Assembly: GCA_049903315.1 (NCBI GenBank)
Contig: JBNGBT010000002.1
Span: 256,001-320,000, forward strand
Length of the DNA: 64,000 nucleotides
Direction of reading: 5' to 3'
Source: Candidatus Cloacimonadota bacterium
GTDB taxonomy: Bacteria > Cloacimonadota > Cloacimonadia > JGIOTU-2
Made by a program: the position numbers and the translations under genes. Positions 1 to 10,294 of this stretch are shown here, piece after piece. The notes under the pieces are model-generated. The model worked only from the letters and a program-made list of their open reading frames with translations, did no database searches and was not told the origin of the DNA. Every line of letters starts with the position of its first letter. The stretch's first letter is position 1.

Positions 1-795
1 GAAGTGATGGATATTGAACCGGATATTAATGATATAAAGAACGCTCGTGATATGCCGGACGTGAAGGGGGAAATTGAAATTAAGAATTTATACTTCAAAT
101 ACAACACTTCCGAAGATTGGATACTCAAAGATATTTCTCTTACGGTACCAGCAGGCAAAACTGTAGCGCTGGTAGGGGAATCCGGTGCAGGAAAGACGAC
201 CCTTGCTTCTTTGATCCCCAGGTTTTATGAAGTGCAAAAGGGCTGTATCTGCATAGATGGGAATAATATCGTGGAGGTCAAGCAGGGATCGTTACGTGAG
301 AACATTGGCTTGGTGCAGCAGAATGTCTTTCTCTTTGACTCCACAATTCGGGATAATATTTTATATGGAAATCCTGAAGCATCGGAAGAACAGTTGATCG
401 ATGCGGCACGCAGAGCAAATATTCTCGAATTTGTTGAATCACTTGCCGATGGCTTTGATACACTAACAGGTGAGCGCGGCGTGATGTTATCCGGGGGTCA
501 AAAACAGCGCATTTCCATTGCTCGTGTATTTCTGAAAAATCCGCCAATCCTTATTTTTGATGAAGCCACATCATCTCTTGACACAGAATCCGAAGCATAC
601 ATCCAGAAAGCAATGGAAGAATTATCTCATAACAGAACTACGATCATCATTGCACACCGGCTTTCTACAGTACGAAAAGCAGATTTACTCTATGTGATGA
701 ATAATGGTGAGATTGTCGAGCAAGGCAGCCATGATGTGCTTATGAAAAATGAGGGATATTATTATAATCTTTACACAAAAAACATGATTCTATAA
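1..795 (+). CDS. ABC exporter (MsbA-like), C-terminal ATP-binding domain; 5'-truncated by window edge
   Basis: Walker A GESGAGKT, signature LSGGQKQR, Walker B ILIFDEATS, H-loop IAHRL; frame open to position 1. Confidence 0.93.
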   Translation, partial: EVMDIEPDINDIKNARDMPDVKGEIEIKNLYFKYNTSEDWILKDISLTVPAGKTVALVGESGAGKTTLASLIPRFYEVQKGCICIDGNNIVEVKQGSLRENIGLVQQNVFLFDSTIRDNILYGNPEASEEQLIDAARRANILEFVESLADGFDTLTGERGVMLSGGQKQRISIARVFLKNPPILIFDEATSSLDTESEAYIQKAMEELSHNRTTIIIAHRLSTVRKADLLYVMNNGEIVEQGSHDVLMKNEGYYYNLYTKNMIL

Positions 796-852
796 AAAAC
801 GATCAGTTGCCGAAAGGCACTGAATTCGCAGAGGTCTATAATAGGGGTAACA

Positions 853-2640
853 ATGAAAAAACTGATCATTATACTGTTTTTCTTCATGGCATTTTACTGC
901 CAGGCAAACGAAATATCTATTGAAAAACCAGAGACATTTCACCAGCTTCTGGATAATTATTTCCGTACAGTAATTGAGATTAATCCTGGAAATGCCAGCC
1001 ATCTCGGTTTGGATCCTGAGGGTAATTATCACTATAATAAATCAAAACTAACTGACAATTCAGAAGCAGCTTACCAGTATGAACTAAAATTAATCAAGGA
1101 TTATCTCAAGCTTTCAAAAGAATTCAGTGATCTGTCACCTGAGGATGAATTAGAATGTGCAGTTTTTCAACACTATTTGCAAAGTGTTATTGATACAGAT
1201 ATATTCCGTTACAATTACTATGTGCTTAATTACTTTTTTGGATTCCATTATAAACTTATTGCTCTTTTTACCGAAAATCATTCGATAAATACCAAACAGG
1301 ATGCGGAAGATTATCTTACCCGAATGGAGCAGCTTACTGCGTATTTCGACAATCTTTTTCTTGAGCTGGAGGAAAGAGAAAAGCAAGGAATCATACCTCC
1401 TATTTCAATTTTGGACCGGATGAAAAACATTACAGATGACCTTTCGGGTAAACTCCCGGAAGAAATAATATATTATACCCATTTTGTTGATCGTATAAAT
1501 GAGATGGAAGAATTGGATGAGACCACAAAGAATATCTATGAGGATAGAGCTCTTAATGCAGTAAATGAACGCGTTATACCGAATTACAAAAAAATATCAG
1601 AACATATTGAACATTTAAAGAACAAGGCGGGATATACTTCGGGTGTGTGGAAATTACCAGATGGCGATAATTTTTACAAATTTTGTCTGCAACAACATAC
1701 TACTACAAATCTTTCAGCGGAGGAGATCCATCAAATCGGATTGAAAGAAGTTGAAAGGATCCAGACAGAAATGCTTCAACGATTTGATGAACTGGGCTTT
1801 ACAGAAGGAGAGAACTTTGGCGAAATTGAAGGTCAATACTGGCATTCTTTGCAGGGAAGCGAATTCAATTACGTACAAAATGAATTCGGTCGAAAGCAGG
1901 CATTGGATGATTATCTGCAGATAATTGAAGAAACGAAAAAACGCCTGCCCGATGTCTTTGAAAAGATACCCTCGATCCCTGTGACCGTGTGTGCGGTTCC
2001 TGCGTATAAAGAACAATTTGCTGGACAGTATTATGACATGGCTCCGATCGACAGAAGCAGACCTGCGATCTTTTATACGAACCTAAGCTGGCTTCCCAAA
2101 AAACCAGGCATGCAAACCCTCCTGCATCACGAAACGATTCCGGGACATCATCTGCAGATCGCTTATGCACAGGAACTTGCTAATATTCCCATGTATCGCA
2201 ATTTTACTTTTTTCACTGCTTATATTGAGGGCTGGGCACTCTATGCGGAAAAACTTGCTTATGAACTGGGTTGGTATAAGGATATTTACAGCGAACTTGG
2301 TTACTTGAATTCAGAACTTTTCCGTGCTGCGCGACTGGTTGTGGATACTGGAATTCATTATAAAAAGTGGAGCCGTGAACAGGCGGCAGATTATATGGAG
2401 AAAAACCTCGGATGGGCAAGTTTTGGTGAGATTGACCGATACACGGTTTGGCCCGGACAAGCATGTGCGTATAAGATAGGGGAATTGAAAATACTCGAAC
2501 TGCGTGAAAAAGCAAAACATACATTAGGAGATCAATTCGATCTCAAAGAATTTCATGATGTGATTCTGCGAAATGGCGCTATTCCGCTGAACTTGCTGGA
2601 AAACGTTGTGGATGAGTGGTTGGAAGGGAAAACAAGGTGA
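853..2640 (+). CDS. DUF885 family secreted protein (metallopeptidase-like)
   Basis: Signal peptide; HETIPGHHLQ, YIEGWALYAE, RAARLVVDTGIH and PGQACAYKIGE are typical DUF885 motifs. Confidence 0.88.
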   Translation: MKKLIIILFFFMAFYCQANEISIEKPETFHQLLDNYFRTVIEINPGNASHLGLDPEGNYHYNKSKLTDNSEAAYQYELKLIKDYLKLSKEFSDLSPEDELECAVFQHYLQSVIDTDIFRYNYYVLNYFFGFHYKLIALFTENHSINTKQDAEDYLTRMEQLTAYFDNLFLELEEREKQGIIPPISILDRMKNITDDLSGKLPEEIIYYTHFVDRINEMEELDETTKNIYEDRALNAVNERVIPNYKKISEHIEHLKNKAGYTSGVWKLPDGDNFYKFCLQQHTTTNLSAEEIHQIGLKEVERIQTEMLQRFDELGFTEGENFGEIEGQYWHSLQGSEFNYVQNEFGRKQALDDYLQIIEETKKRLPDVFEKIPSIPVTVCAVPAYKEQFAGQYYDMAPIDRSRPAIFYTNLSWLPKKPGMQTLLHHETIPGHHLQIAYAQELANIPMYRNFTFFTAYIEGWALYAEKLAYELGWYKDIYSELGYLNSELFRAARLVVDTGIHYKKWSREQAADYMEKNLGWASFGEIDRYTVWPGQACAYKIGELKILELREKAKHTLGDQFDLKEFHDVILRNGAIPLNLLENVVDEWLEGKTR

Positions 2641-2763
2641 GAATAGTAATTTTCATCTTCGATAAAATAATCTGGCTCTTATGAGAAATGGGTATTGGAT
2701 ATTCAGGTTTTAAGTATATTTACAATGTCAACTCAGTAAAAACTCAAAAGAACATATTATCTC

Positions 2764-4590
2764 TTATTCCTGACTCAACTTATTCAACCTGTTCATCTCT
2801 CTTTTTCGTGTTGTTTCATCAAGCATTTTTTTACGCATCCTGATATTTTTGGGAGTTACTTCAAGAAGTTCATCATCATTAATGTATTCAAGTGCCTGTT
2901 CCAAACTGAACTGCCGTGGGGGGACGAGTACAATCGCATCATCCGAACCGGCTGCGCGAACATTTGAGAGTTTTTTACCTTTCACGATATTCAAAACAAG
3001 ATCATTTTCCCGCGAATGCTCACCGATGATCATCCCTGCATACACTTCCACACCAGGTCCAATGAATAAAATTCCACGCGCCTGAAAGTTGAACAGTGAA
3101 TATCCGGTTGCGATACCTTTTTCCATTGCGATCAACGCACCGCGACTTTTTTTGTCTAAATCCCCTTTATAAAATTCATATTCATAAAAACTATGATTAA
3201 TGATACCTGTTCCGCGCGTAGTTGTAAGAAATTCATTCCTGAAACCGATCAATCCGCGAGCCGGCACTTTATATTCAAGGCGTGTGTAACCGTCGTTGCC
3301 TGGAACCATATCGAGCATCTCACCTTTTCTGTATCCAAGCATTTCGATCACTGTCCCGACAAATTCATCAGCAACATCGACAGTCACAAGCTCAATAGGT
3401 TCTGTGCGTTTGCCCTCGAGTTCTCGATAAATCACTTTGGGAGTTGAAACCTGGAATTCAAAACCTTCGCGACGCATATTTTCAATCAGGATTGAAAGTT
3501 GAAGTTCACCGCGTCCTTTTACGATGAATTCATCTCCGTTTTCCGTGCCTTCGATCTTGATGCTGACATTCGTTTGAAGTTCTTTCTGCAACCTGTCCCA
3601 GATATTTCTGGATGTGACATATTTGCCATCTTTTCCCGCAAAAGGAGAATCGTTCACACGAAATGTCATAGAAAGGGTAGGAGCATCGATCTCGATGATT
3701 GGAAGGGGTTTAGGATTATCTTTGCATGCTGCTGTTTCTCCCACGTCGACCCGCTCCATACCTGCGAGTGAAACGATATCACCGGCAAATGCTTTTTTTA
3801 TTTCTTTCTTTTTCAGACCGTCATAATGGTAAATCTTTGTGATCCGATAAAGCAGTCTTTCTCCATCACGCTTGAGTAATACGACCTCTTCGCCTTGACT
3901 CACAGTTCCATTTGTAATTTTCCCAGTGCCGATCTTTCCGAGATAATTATCATACTCGATGGCAGAGACCAGCATTTGAAATGGTTTGGATACATCGCCT
4001 TCAGAATCTTTCACTCTGTGTATGATCGTTTCGAATAAGGGGATCAGGTCGTCATTTTCGTCTTCCAGCTCATACCTGGCATAGCCGTCTTTACCGGATG
4101 CAAAAAGAACAGGGAAATCTAACTGTGAATCATTTGCATGCAGGTCACAAAACAGGTCGAACACCATTTCAAGAACTTCTGCAGGTCGCGCATTGGGTCT
4201 GTCTATTTTATTGATGATCACGATTGGATCAAGTCCTAGTTCAAGGGATTTCTTCAGGACATACTTTGTCTGAGGCATCGGTCCTTCAAAGGCATCGACC
4301 AGGAGTAGAACAGAATCTACCATTTTCATGATGCGCTGAACTTCTCCACCGAAATCGGCATGTCCGGGTGTATCGACAAAATTTATTTTGTAATCTTTAT
4401 AGGTGAGAGACGCATTTTTGGAAAAGATAGTAATGCCCCGCTCTCTTTCAAGATCGTTGCTGTCCATCACGCGATCGGCAATGTTCTCGTTATCTCTGAA
4501 TGTGCCGGACTGCTTGAGAGCAGCATCGACCAGTGTGGTTTTGCCATGATCAACATGGGCAATAATAGCGATATTTTTAATTTTTTTCAT
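2764..4590 (-). CDS. typA: Translational GTPase TypA/BipA
   Basis: NIAIIAHVDHGKTTLVD, ERERGITI, DTPGHADFGGEV, GRGELQLSILIENMRREG, C-terminal LEVTPKNIRMRK. Confidence 0.97.
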   Translation of the reverse strand: MKKIKNIAIIAHVDHGKTTLVDAALKQSGTFRDNENIADRVMDSNDLERERGITIFSKNASLTYKDYKINFVDTPGHADFGGEVQRIMKMVDSVLLLVDAFEGPMPQTKYVLKKSLELGLDPIVIINKIDRPNARPAEVLEMVFDLFCDLHANDSQLDFPVLFASGKDGYARYELEDENDDLIPLFETIIHRVKDSEGDVSKPFQMLVSAIEYDNYLGKIGTGKITNGTVSQGEEVVLLKRDGERLLYRITKIYHYDGLKKKEIKKAFAGDIVSLAGMERVDVGETAACKDNPKPLPIIEIDAPTLSMTFRVNDSPFAGKDGKYVTSRNIWDRLQKELQTNVSIKIEGTENGDEFIVKGRGELQLSILIENMRREGFEFQVSTPKVIYRELEGKRTEPIELVTVDVADEFVGTVIEMLGYRKGEMLDMVPGNDGYTRLEYKVPARGLIGFRNEFLTTTRGTGIINHSFYEYEFYKGDLDKKSRGALIAMEKGIATGYSLFNFQARGILFIGPGVEVYAGMIIGEHSRENDLVLNIVKGKKLSNVRAAGSDDAIVLVPPRQFSLEQALEYINDDELLEVTPKNIRMRKKMLDETTRKREMNRLNKLSQE

Positions 4591-4697
4591 TATTTTTCAA
4601 CTTATGATTATTTCTTTTGGAGCAGGTCACAAAAAAGTAGCCTTATCAAAATCGGGTGGTTATTGAGTCAATGTATTTGAGGGTATTAGCAGGAAAA

Positions 4698-4747
4698 GTA
4701 GCGCAAGATTCCGATCTTGCGTACTCAACATCGGAATGTTGAGTTAC
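4698..4747. repeat. Inverted REP-like doublet (GTAG/GTAA type)
   Basis: GTAG-CGCAAGAT-TCCG-ATCTTGCG (4698-4721) and, on the minus strand, GTAA-CTCAACAT-TCCG-ATGTTGAG (4747-4724). Confidence 0.7.
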
Positions 4748-4869
4748 AGATTAATTCTCGGAGTACATAAGTTTGATCTTGTCCGTCCACTGACAAACCC
4801 TTGTTCTATAAATTCCTTCCTCCCTTCTCCCTTTTCCATCTTTCACTTCTGATCGGCAAACAAAATCTG

Positions 4870-6009
4870 CTATTTAAAATAACTGCTTATTACTTTCCAG
4901 TTTTCGAAATAGTTATATTCTTTATTATTGATTATCGCTGGATATACTTTATGTGAACCTTGATGATCAGTGTTAGAAAAAGAAATCTGATGATCTATAC
5001 CAATATCTAAATTTTTTATTGATTCCATCTGAGTAATAAAATTTGATCTTGTAAGATCGTTGGCGGATCTCGCCAATCCTTCTACCAAAACCTTGGCAGC
5101 GAGATATCCTTCCAGACTTACATGATTCAATTCTACATTTGGAACATATTCTTCCAAATCATTTCTTGCATCCTCTACTCCGGGAAGCATACTGAATTCA
5201 GGAGGAACAACCTGAGTGATAATTTCTCCATCACCCTGACCTGCATCATTCAAAATATCCAGAAGTTTGTGCGCTCCGACAAAAGACACGTTCATATAAA
5301 TAGGATTAAAATGCTGATTTTTTCCTTCGATAATGAATTTTGCGCAGCTTCCGTAGGTCCCGACCATTACAATTGCATCCGGATATGAAGGTAGAATGTT
5401 GTCTAATCCAGTTTGAATATCAGAAGTATTTCTCTGATACGTTCCACGGGAATGAATCTTTAATCCTCTTTTTGTTAATGAATTATTCAGACCTTCAAGT
5501 ACAGTATAGCCAAAAGGATCATCCTGATAGAAACAGGAAATTTTGGTCATGCCAAGTTCGTCCACAACTCCTTTAATAAATTTTTCTACTTCGTCGTAGT
5601 AGCTGGCACGATAATGAAATATCTCTTTCACCAGCGGATGCCTTAACGGCTCAGCTCCTGTAAATGGTGCAACGAGTGGAATGTGTTTTTCAATGATAAT
5701 TGGTTTTATCGCCATGGTGGTAGGAGTTCCCACGTTTCCGAATAAACAAAAAACTTTATCTTCATCGATCAATTTATATGTATTCTCGATGCAGCGACTC
5801 GGCTCATATCCATCATCATAGGCGATCAGTGTAATATTTCTGCCATTCACACCACCTAACTTGTTGATGCGATTGAAATATGCCATTGCTCCATTTTTGA
5901 AGCTCATTCCCAAATAGTCTGAAGGACCGGATAAAACCGTGGACATCCCAATCAAGATCTCAGTGTCTGTTACTCCTACATGGACTGGCTCTGTTACATT
6001 AGCTTTCAC
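4870..6009 (-). CDS. Branched-chain amino-acid ABC-type substrate-binding domain protein (no signal peptide)
   Basis: IGMSTVLSGP, GGVNGRNITLIAYDDGYEP, GNVGTPT; GTG start preceded by AGGAGG. Confidence 0.85.
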   Translation of the reverse strand: MKANVTEPVHVGVTDTEILIGMSTVLSGPSDYLGMSFKNGAMAYFNRINKLGGVNGRNITLIAYDDGYEPSRCIENTYKLIDEDKVFCLFGNVGTPTTMAIKPIIIEKHIPLVAPFTGAEPLRHPLVKEIFHYRASYYDEVEKFIKGVVDELGMTKISCFYQDDPFGYTVLEGLNNSLTKRGLKIHSRGTYQRNTSDIQTGLDNILPSYPDAIVMVGTYGSCAKFIIEGKNQHFNPIYMNVSFVGAHKLLDILNDAGQGDGEIITQVVPPEFSMLPGVEDARNDLEEYVPNVELNHVSLEGYLAAKVLVEGLARSANDLTRSNFITQMESIKNLDIGIDHQISFSNTDHQGSHKVYPAIINNKEYNYFENWKVISSYFK

Positions 6010-6197
6010 TGCAATACCTCCTGTGTATTCCTATATTATAAAATTCGGACAACACACAAATATAATTGTATGTTATTTGCATTCTTTTGTATAAATTAAG
6101 TTTTCAGCAGATTCAGTTGTCAAGTTGTAGATGAAATCAATAGAATTCACTCTCCGTTTTCCCTCCTCCCTTTTCCCTTTCTCTATTTCCACTTTCT

Positions 6198-6225
6198 TTG
6201 ACAAAATATCAGTCCATTTAAAACT
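6198..6225 (+). promoter_or_regulatory. Putative sigma70-type promoter of pgi
   Basis: TTGACA-N16-AAAACT upstream of a GGAGG RBS; near copy at 8068-8095. Confidence 0.5.
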
Positions 6226-6251
6226 TCACCTATCATAATTCCGGAGGTTTA

Positions 6252-7901
6252 ATGCTCAAAAAGATAAATCCGACAAAAACTGGTGTCTGGAAAAAACTAC
6301 TGAAACACTATAGTACAATGCAACAGATATCCATGAAAGAAATGTTTGTGCAAGATCCAGAGAGATTTAATAAATTCTCAATACAATTTGAAGATATACT
6401 TCTGGATTATTCGAAAAATATTATAAATGAAAAGACAATGAAACTGCTTATCCAGCTTGCTCAAGAATGTGAGCTGGGAGATGCTATCGAAAAGATGTTC
6501 ACTGGCGATAAAATAAATGAGACAGAGGATCGAGCTGTACTGCATACTGCATTGAGAAATTTTTCAGGTAACCCGGTTTTCGTGGATGGCAAAGATGTCA
6601 TACCGGAAGTGAAAGTAGTACTTCTTCACATGAAGGAATTCTCAGAAAAATTACTCAATGGTGAATGGAAAGGTTATTCGGGTAAACCAATCACAGATAT
6701 TGTGAACATAGGTATTGGCGGTTCTGATTTGGGTCCTGTTATGGTGACAGAAGCGCTCAAAACGTACTGGAAGCAGATAACACCGCATTTTGTCTCAAAT
6801 GTAGATGGTACTCATATTGCAGAAACGCTCAAAAAACTCAATCCCGAAACCACACTCTTCATGATCGCTTCCAAAACCTTCACAACGCAGGAAACAATGA
6901 CCAATGCACACACTGCGCGTAACTGGTTCTTGAAAAATGCAAAGAATGAAGATCATATTAAAAGGCATTTTGTGGCGATCTCGACTAATGAGCAGGGAGT
7001 AAAAAAGTTCGGCATCGATCCGAAAAATATGTTCCGGTTCTGGGATTGGGTTGGCGGACGCTATTCTTTATGGTCAGCAATTGGCTTGTCTATAGCTTGC
7101 ACGATCGGGTATGAAAATTTTGAGCAACTTCTGATAGGTGCGTACGCCATGGATGAGCATTTCAGAACTGCATCCTTTGAGAAAAATATACCTGTCGTAT
7201 TAGCTCTGCTTGGGATATGGTATAATAATTTTTTCAATACACAAACTCAGGCAATTCTGCCGTATGATCAATACATGCATCGGTTTGCTGCGTATTTCCA
7301 GCAGGGAGATATGGAAAGTAACGGCAAATCCACAGATAGAAATGGAAATCAAGTGGACTATCAAACAGGACCGATCATCTGGGGAGAGCCGGGTACAAAC
7401 GGACAACATGCATTTTACCAGCTTATTCATCAGGGCACCAAGCTTATTCCCTGCGATTTCCTTGCGCCTGCGATAAGTCATAATCCGATAGGGGAGCATC
7501 ATAAGATATTACTTTCAAATTTCTTTGCACAGACCGAAGCGCTCATGATGGGGAAGACCGAAGAGGAAGTTCGAACAGAACTTGAAAAAGCAGGGAAATC
7601 AAAAGCTGAAATTGATAAACTCTTACCATTCAAAATATTCAAAGGCAACAAGCCCACAAACTCAATTCTTTTTAAAGAACTTACTACTCACACACTTGGC
7701 AGTTTGATTGCGATGTATGAGCACAAGATATTTGTGCAAGGTGTGATATGGAATATTTTTAGTTTTGATCAGTGGGGTGTGGAGCTAGGTAAACAGCTTG
7801 CAAAGAGCATTTTGCGTGAACTAGAAAACGACGAACCGGTCACGAATCATGATTCATCAACGAATGGATTGATGAATGCGTATAAGGGGATGAGATATTA
7901 G
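6252..7901 (+). CDS. pgi: Glucose-6-phosphate isomerase
   Basis: [46 protein letters not shown]. Confidence 0.98.
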   Translation: MLKKINPTKTGVWKKLLKHYSTMQQISMKEMFVQDPERFNKFSIQFEDILLDYSKNIINEKTMKLLIQLAQECELGDAIEKMFTGDKINETEDRAVLHTALRNFSGNPVFVDGKDVIPEVKVVLLHMKEFSEKLLNGEWKGYSGKPITDIVNIGIGGSDLGPVMVTEALKTYWKQITPHFVSNVDGTHIAETLKKLNPETTLFMIASKTFTTQETMTNAHTARNWFLKNAKNEDHIKRHFVAISTNEQGVKKFGIDPKNMFRFWDWVGGRYSLWSAIGLSIACTIGYENFEQLLIGAYAMDEHFRTASFEKNIPVVLALLGIWYNNFFNTQTQAILPYDQYMHRFAAYFQQGDMESNGKSTDRNGNQVDYQTGPIIWGEPGTNGQHAFYQLIHQGTKLIPCDFLAPAISHNPIGEHHKILLSNFFAQTEALMMGKTEEEVRTELEKAGKSKAEIDKLLPFKIFKGNKPTNSILFKELTTHTLGSLIAMYEHKIFVQGVIWNIFSFDQWGVELGKQLAKSILRELENDEPVTNHDSSTNGLMNAYKGMRY

Positions 7902-7933
7902 AAATAAGATGATGTTTTTAATTGTAGAAAATA

Positions 7934-7984
7934 TGGAGTAAATCGACTGTGTCGATTTCGCATTGACTTAGTCAATGCACTCCA
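7934..7984. repeat. Inverted REP-like doublet (TGGA type)
   Basis: TGGAGT-AAATCGAC-TGT-GTCGATTT and, on the minus strand, TGGAGT-GCATTGAC-TAA-GTCAATGC. Confidence 0.65.
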
Positions 7985-8067
7985 AAAAAATCTTTACCTT
8001 AACTCTGCATTCAAATGTTCACCTACTGCTGAAACTAGGTTCTTCCTCCTCAGCTATTTCCATTTCT

Positions 8068-8095
8068 TTGACAAATAATCCTCCTAATTAAAATT
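8068..8095 (+). promoter_or_regulatory. Putative sigma70-type promoter of the TSUP/flavoprotein operon
   Basis: TTGACA-N16-AAAATT; flanks resemble the pgi promoter. Confidence 0.45.
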
Positions 8096-8130
8096 GCACC
8101 TATCATTATTTCAGGGTGAATAAATAAGAA

Positions 8131-8874
8131 ATGGAAACCAATATCCTCATTCTCGGCTCGATCATTATTTTTCTGGCTGCTCTTTTACAGGGAACAACCG
8201 GATTTGGTTTTTCGCTTTTTTCAATACCTTTGCTGACGCTTTTCATTTCTCCAAAGACAGCGATTTCGATGATATTGCTTGTTTCAGTTCTCATAAATAT
8301 TTCTGTGCTCTATAATAGTAGAAAATCTCTGAATTTTAAGTTTATTTTGCAAATTTTCCTCTTCAGCATGATCGGCGTGCCAATCGGTGCAAAGCTGTTG
8401 CTGATACTTCCTGATTATGTGCTTAAGATCGTGATCGGGGTATTCATCCTTCTGTTTGGGATACTGTTCTTCTTCAATGTACGTTTCAAAGTGAAAAATG
8501 AGAAGATCACCAGGGTAGTGGTTGGATTTTTCAGCGGGTTGCTGAACGGCAGTATTACAATGAGTGGACCTCCGATTATCATCTTTCTTGCAAACGAACA
8601 AAAAGGAAAAATGCATTTCCGCGCTCATCTCGCATCATTCTTCCTGCTTCTGACACTTTTTACAATCCCAGTATACATTTACTACGGACTTATTACAAAA
8701 GTGGTCGTGGATTATGCGCTTATTTTCAGTGTTGCGGTCATTCTCGGTGTGATCGGCGGCAACATTCTTATACATAAAATTAAAGAAGTACATTTTAGAA
8801 AGTTGACATTAGTGATCATAATTCTCATGGGAGTATTAGCAGTATATTCAGGCATTCGAGGAGTTTTATCATGA
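8131..8874 (+). CDS. Sulfite exporter TauE/SafE (TSUP) family membrane protein
   Basis: 247 aa, about 8 hydrophobic segments, QGTTGFGF and GLLNGSITMSGPP motifs. Confidence 0.85.
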   Translation: METNILILGSIIIFLAALLQGTTGFGFSLFSIPLLTLFISPKTAISMILLVSVLINISVLYNSRKSLNFKFILQIFLFSMIGVPIGAKLLLILPDYVLKIVIGVFILLFGILFFFNVRFKVKNEKITRVVVGFFSGLLNGSITMSGPPIIIFLANEQKGKMHFRAHLASFFLLLTLFTIPVYIYYGLITKVVVDYALIFSVAVILGVIGGNILIHKIKEVHFRKLTLVIIILMGVLAVYSGIRGVLS

Positions 8875-10106
8875 AAGAATATGATGTCATTATTGTTGGT
8901 GGAGGAGCTTCCGGGCTGGTTGCTGCGATCTCATCAGCACGGAACGGCGCAAAAACAGCCATAGTGGAGCGTTTACCCCGGGTGGGGAAAAAGATACTCA
9001 TAACTGGAAATGGACGCTGTAACCTCTCTAATACGTCTTTGAAGAAGAAAAAGTATCATGGAACCGATCCCGCATTTATCGGATATGTATTTTCACAGTT
9101 CAACGGTGCACAGATACTTGAATTCTTTGAAGAACTCGGCATCCTGACAAAAGAGGAAGAAAATGGGCGCATTTTCCCTAGATGCGACCAGGCAGGCGCA
9201 TTGCTTGATGTGTTGAGATATGAATGTGAAAGACTGCATGTTCAGGAATTGTGTTCGAAGGAAGTCGCGGGAATCAGGAAATTGGAGAATTGCTTTGTCA
9301 TAACATCATGTAATGGGGAAGAACTCTATTCCAAGAAAATAATACTCACAACAGGCGGTAAAGCAAGTCCGCAGTTCGGATCGGATGGCTCGGGTTTTGC
9401 ACTAGCAAACAAGCTGGGACATACTATTGTCGAACCCTTTCCCACGCTCGTACAGATAAAACTCAAAGATGAGTTTGTGAAGCATTATAAAGGAATTCGC
9501 TTTGATGCGAGAATATCTTTGTATGCAAATGAAAGCTTGGTGGATACGCAGGAAGGTGAAGTATTGTTCGCTGATTACGGGATTTCGGGAATTCCAATAT
9601 TGCAGCTGAGCAGATATATGCATCACCCTGAAATTAAGCATACAATTATGAAATTGCATATTGACTTATTCCCCGAAATACAATTTCATGATATGAAAAA
9701 GATGCTGAGTGATAGATTTCAAAAGATGTCTTTTAAATCTATTGAAGATGCTTTGATCGGTTTAGTAAATAAGAAGTTTATCCTACCAGCACTTACACTA
9801 TCAGATATTGGGAGAGACAAATTGTGTTCTGAACTTAATAATGCAGAGCTGGATAAACTCGTTTATCAATTTAAGGATAGAAGATTTTTGGTGAGTGGTA
9901 CGCTCTCATGGCGCGATGCACAGGTAACTGCTGGTGGAATCTCAACAACAGAAGTAGATGATAAAACTCTTGAATCAAAACTTATCCCTGGACTTTATTT
10001 TGCTGGTGAGGTACTTGATATTCACGGTGATTCAGGCGGGTATAATCTTGCGTGGGCATGGGCGTCGGGTTATGTTGCTGGGATGCATGCAGCGAAGAAA
10101 AGATGA
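8871..10106 (+). CDS. HI0933/YhiN(BaiN)-like NAD(P)/FAD-dependent oxidoreductase
   Basis: GGGASG, GKKILITGNGRCNLSN, AQVTAGG, GLYFAGEVLDIHGDSGGYNL; ATGA overlap with upstream gene. Confidence 0.92.
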   Translation: MKEYDVIIVGGGASGLVAAISSARNGAKTAIVERLPRVGKKILITGNGRCNLSNTSLKKKKYHGTDPAFIGYVFSQFNGAQILEFFEELGILTKEEENGRIFPRCDQAGALLDVLRYECERLHVQELCSKEVAGIRKLENCFVITSCNGEELYSKKIILTTGGKASPQFGSDGSGFALANKLGHTIVEPFPTLVQIKLKDEFVKHYKGIRFDARISLYANESLVDTQEGEVLFADYGISGIPILQLSRYMHHPEIKHTIMKLHIDLFPEIQFHDMKKMLSDRFQKMSFKSIEDALIGLVNKKFILPALTLSDIGRDKLCSELNNAELDKLVYQFKDRRFLVSGTLSWRDAQVTAGGISTTEVDDKTLESKLIPGLYFAGEVLDIHGDSGGYNLAWAWASGYVAGMHAAKKR

Positions 10107-10254
10107 ATATCCAATGTCCAATGATCAATATCCAATTATGAAGTATAAAATAATGAGAGATATTCAAAAGAAATTTGATTTAAATAATCATTTACTTAGG
10201 AGACATCCAATAACCTGGAAATTGGACATTTCGTCTTGGTTATTGGATATTCAT
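10103..10254. repeat. MITE-like element with 13-bp terminal inverted repeats and 7-nt periodic subrepeats
   Basis: ATGAATATCCAAT (10103-10115) and ATTGGATATTCAT (10242-10254); internal AATATCC/AATGTCC/AATGATC units. Confidence 0.6.
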
Positions 10255-10294
10255 TTCTTACCTCATCAAGACTCTATAGGAAAAACTATAAATT

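Noticed and set aside
803..850. GAAA-tetraloop hairpin (TCAG-T-TGCC-GAAA-GGCA-CTGA) as a c-di-GMP-I riboswitch
   Set aside because: Lacks the GGCAAA/GACGCAAA junctions and has no room for a full second stem before the RBS; probably a simple intergenic hairpin
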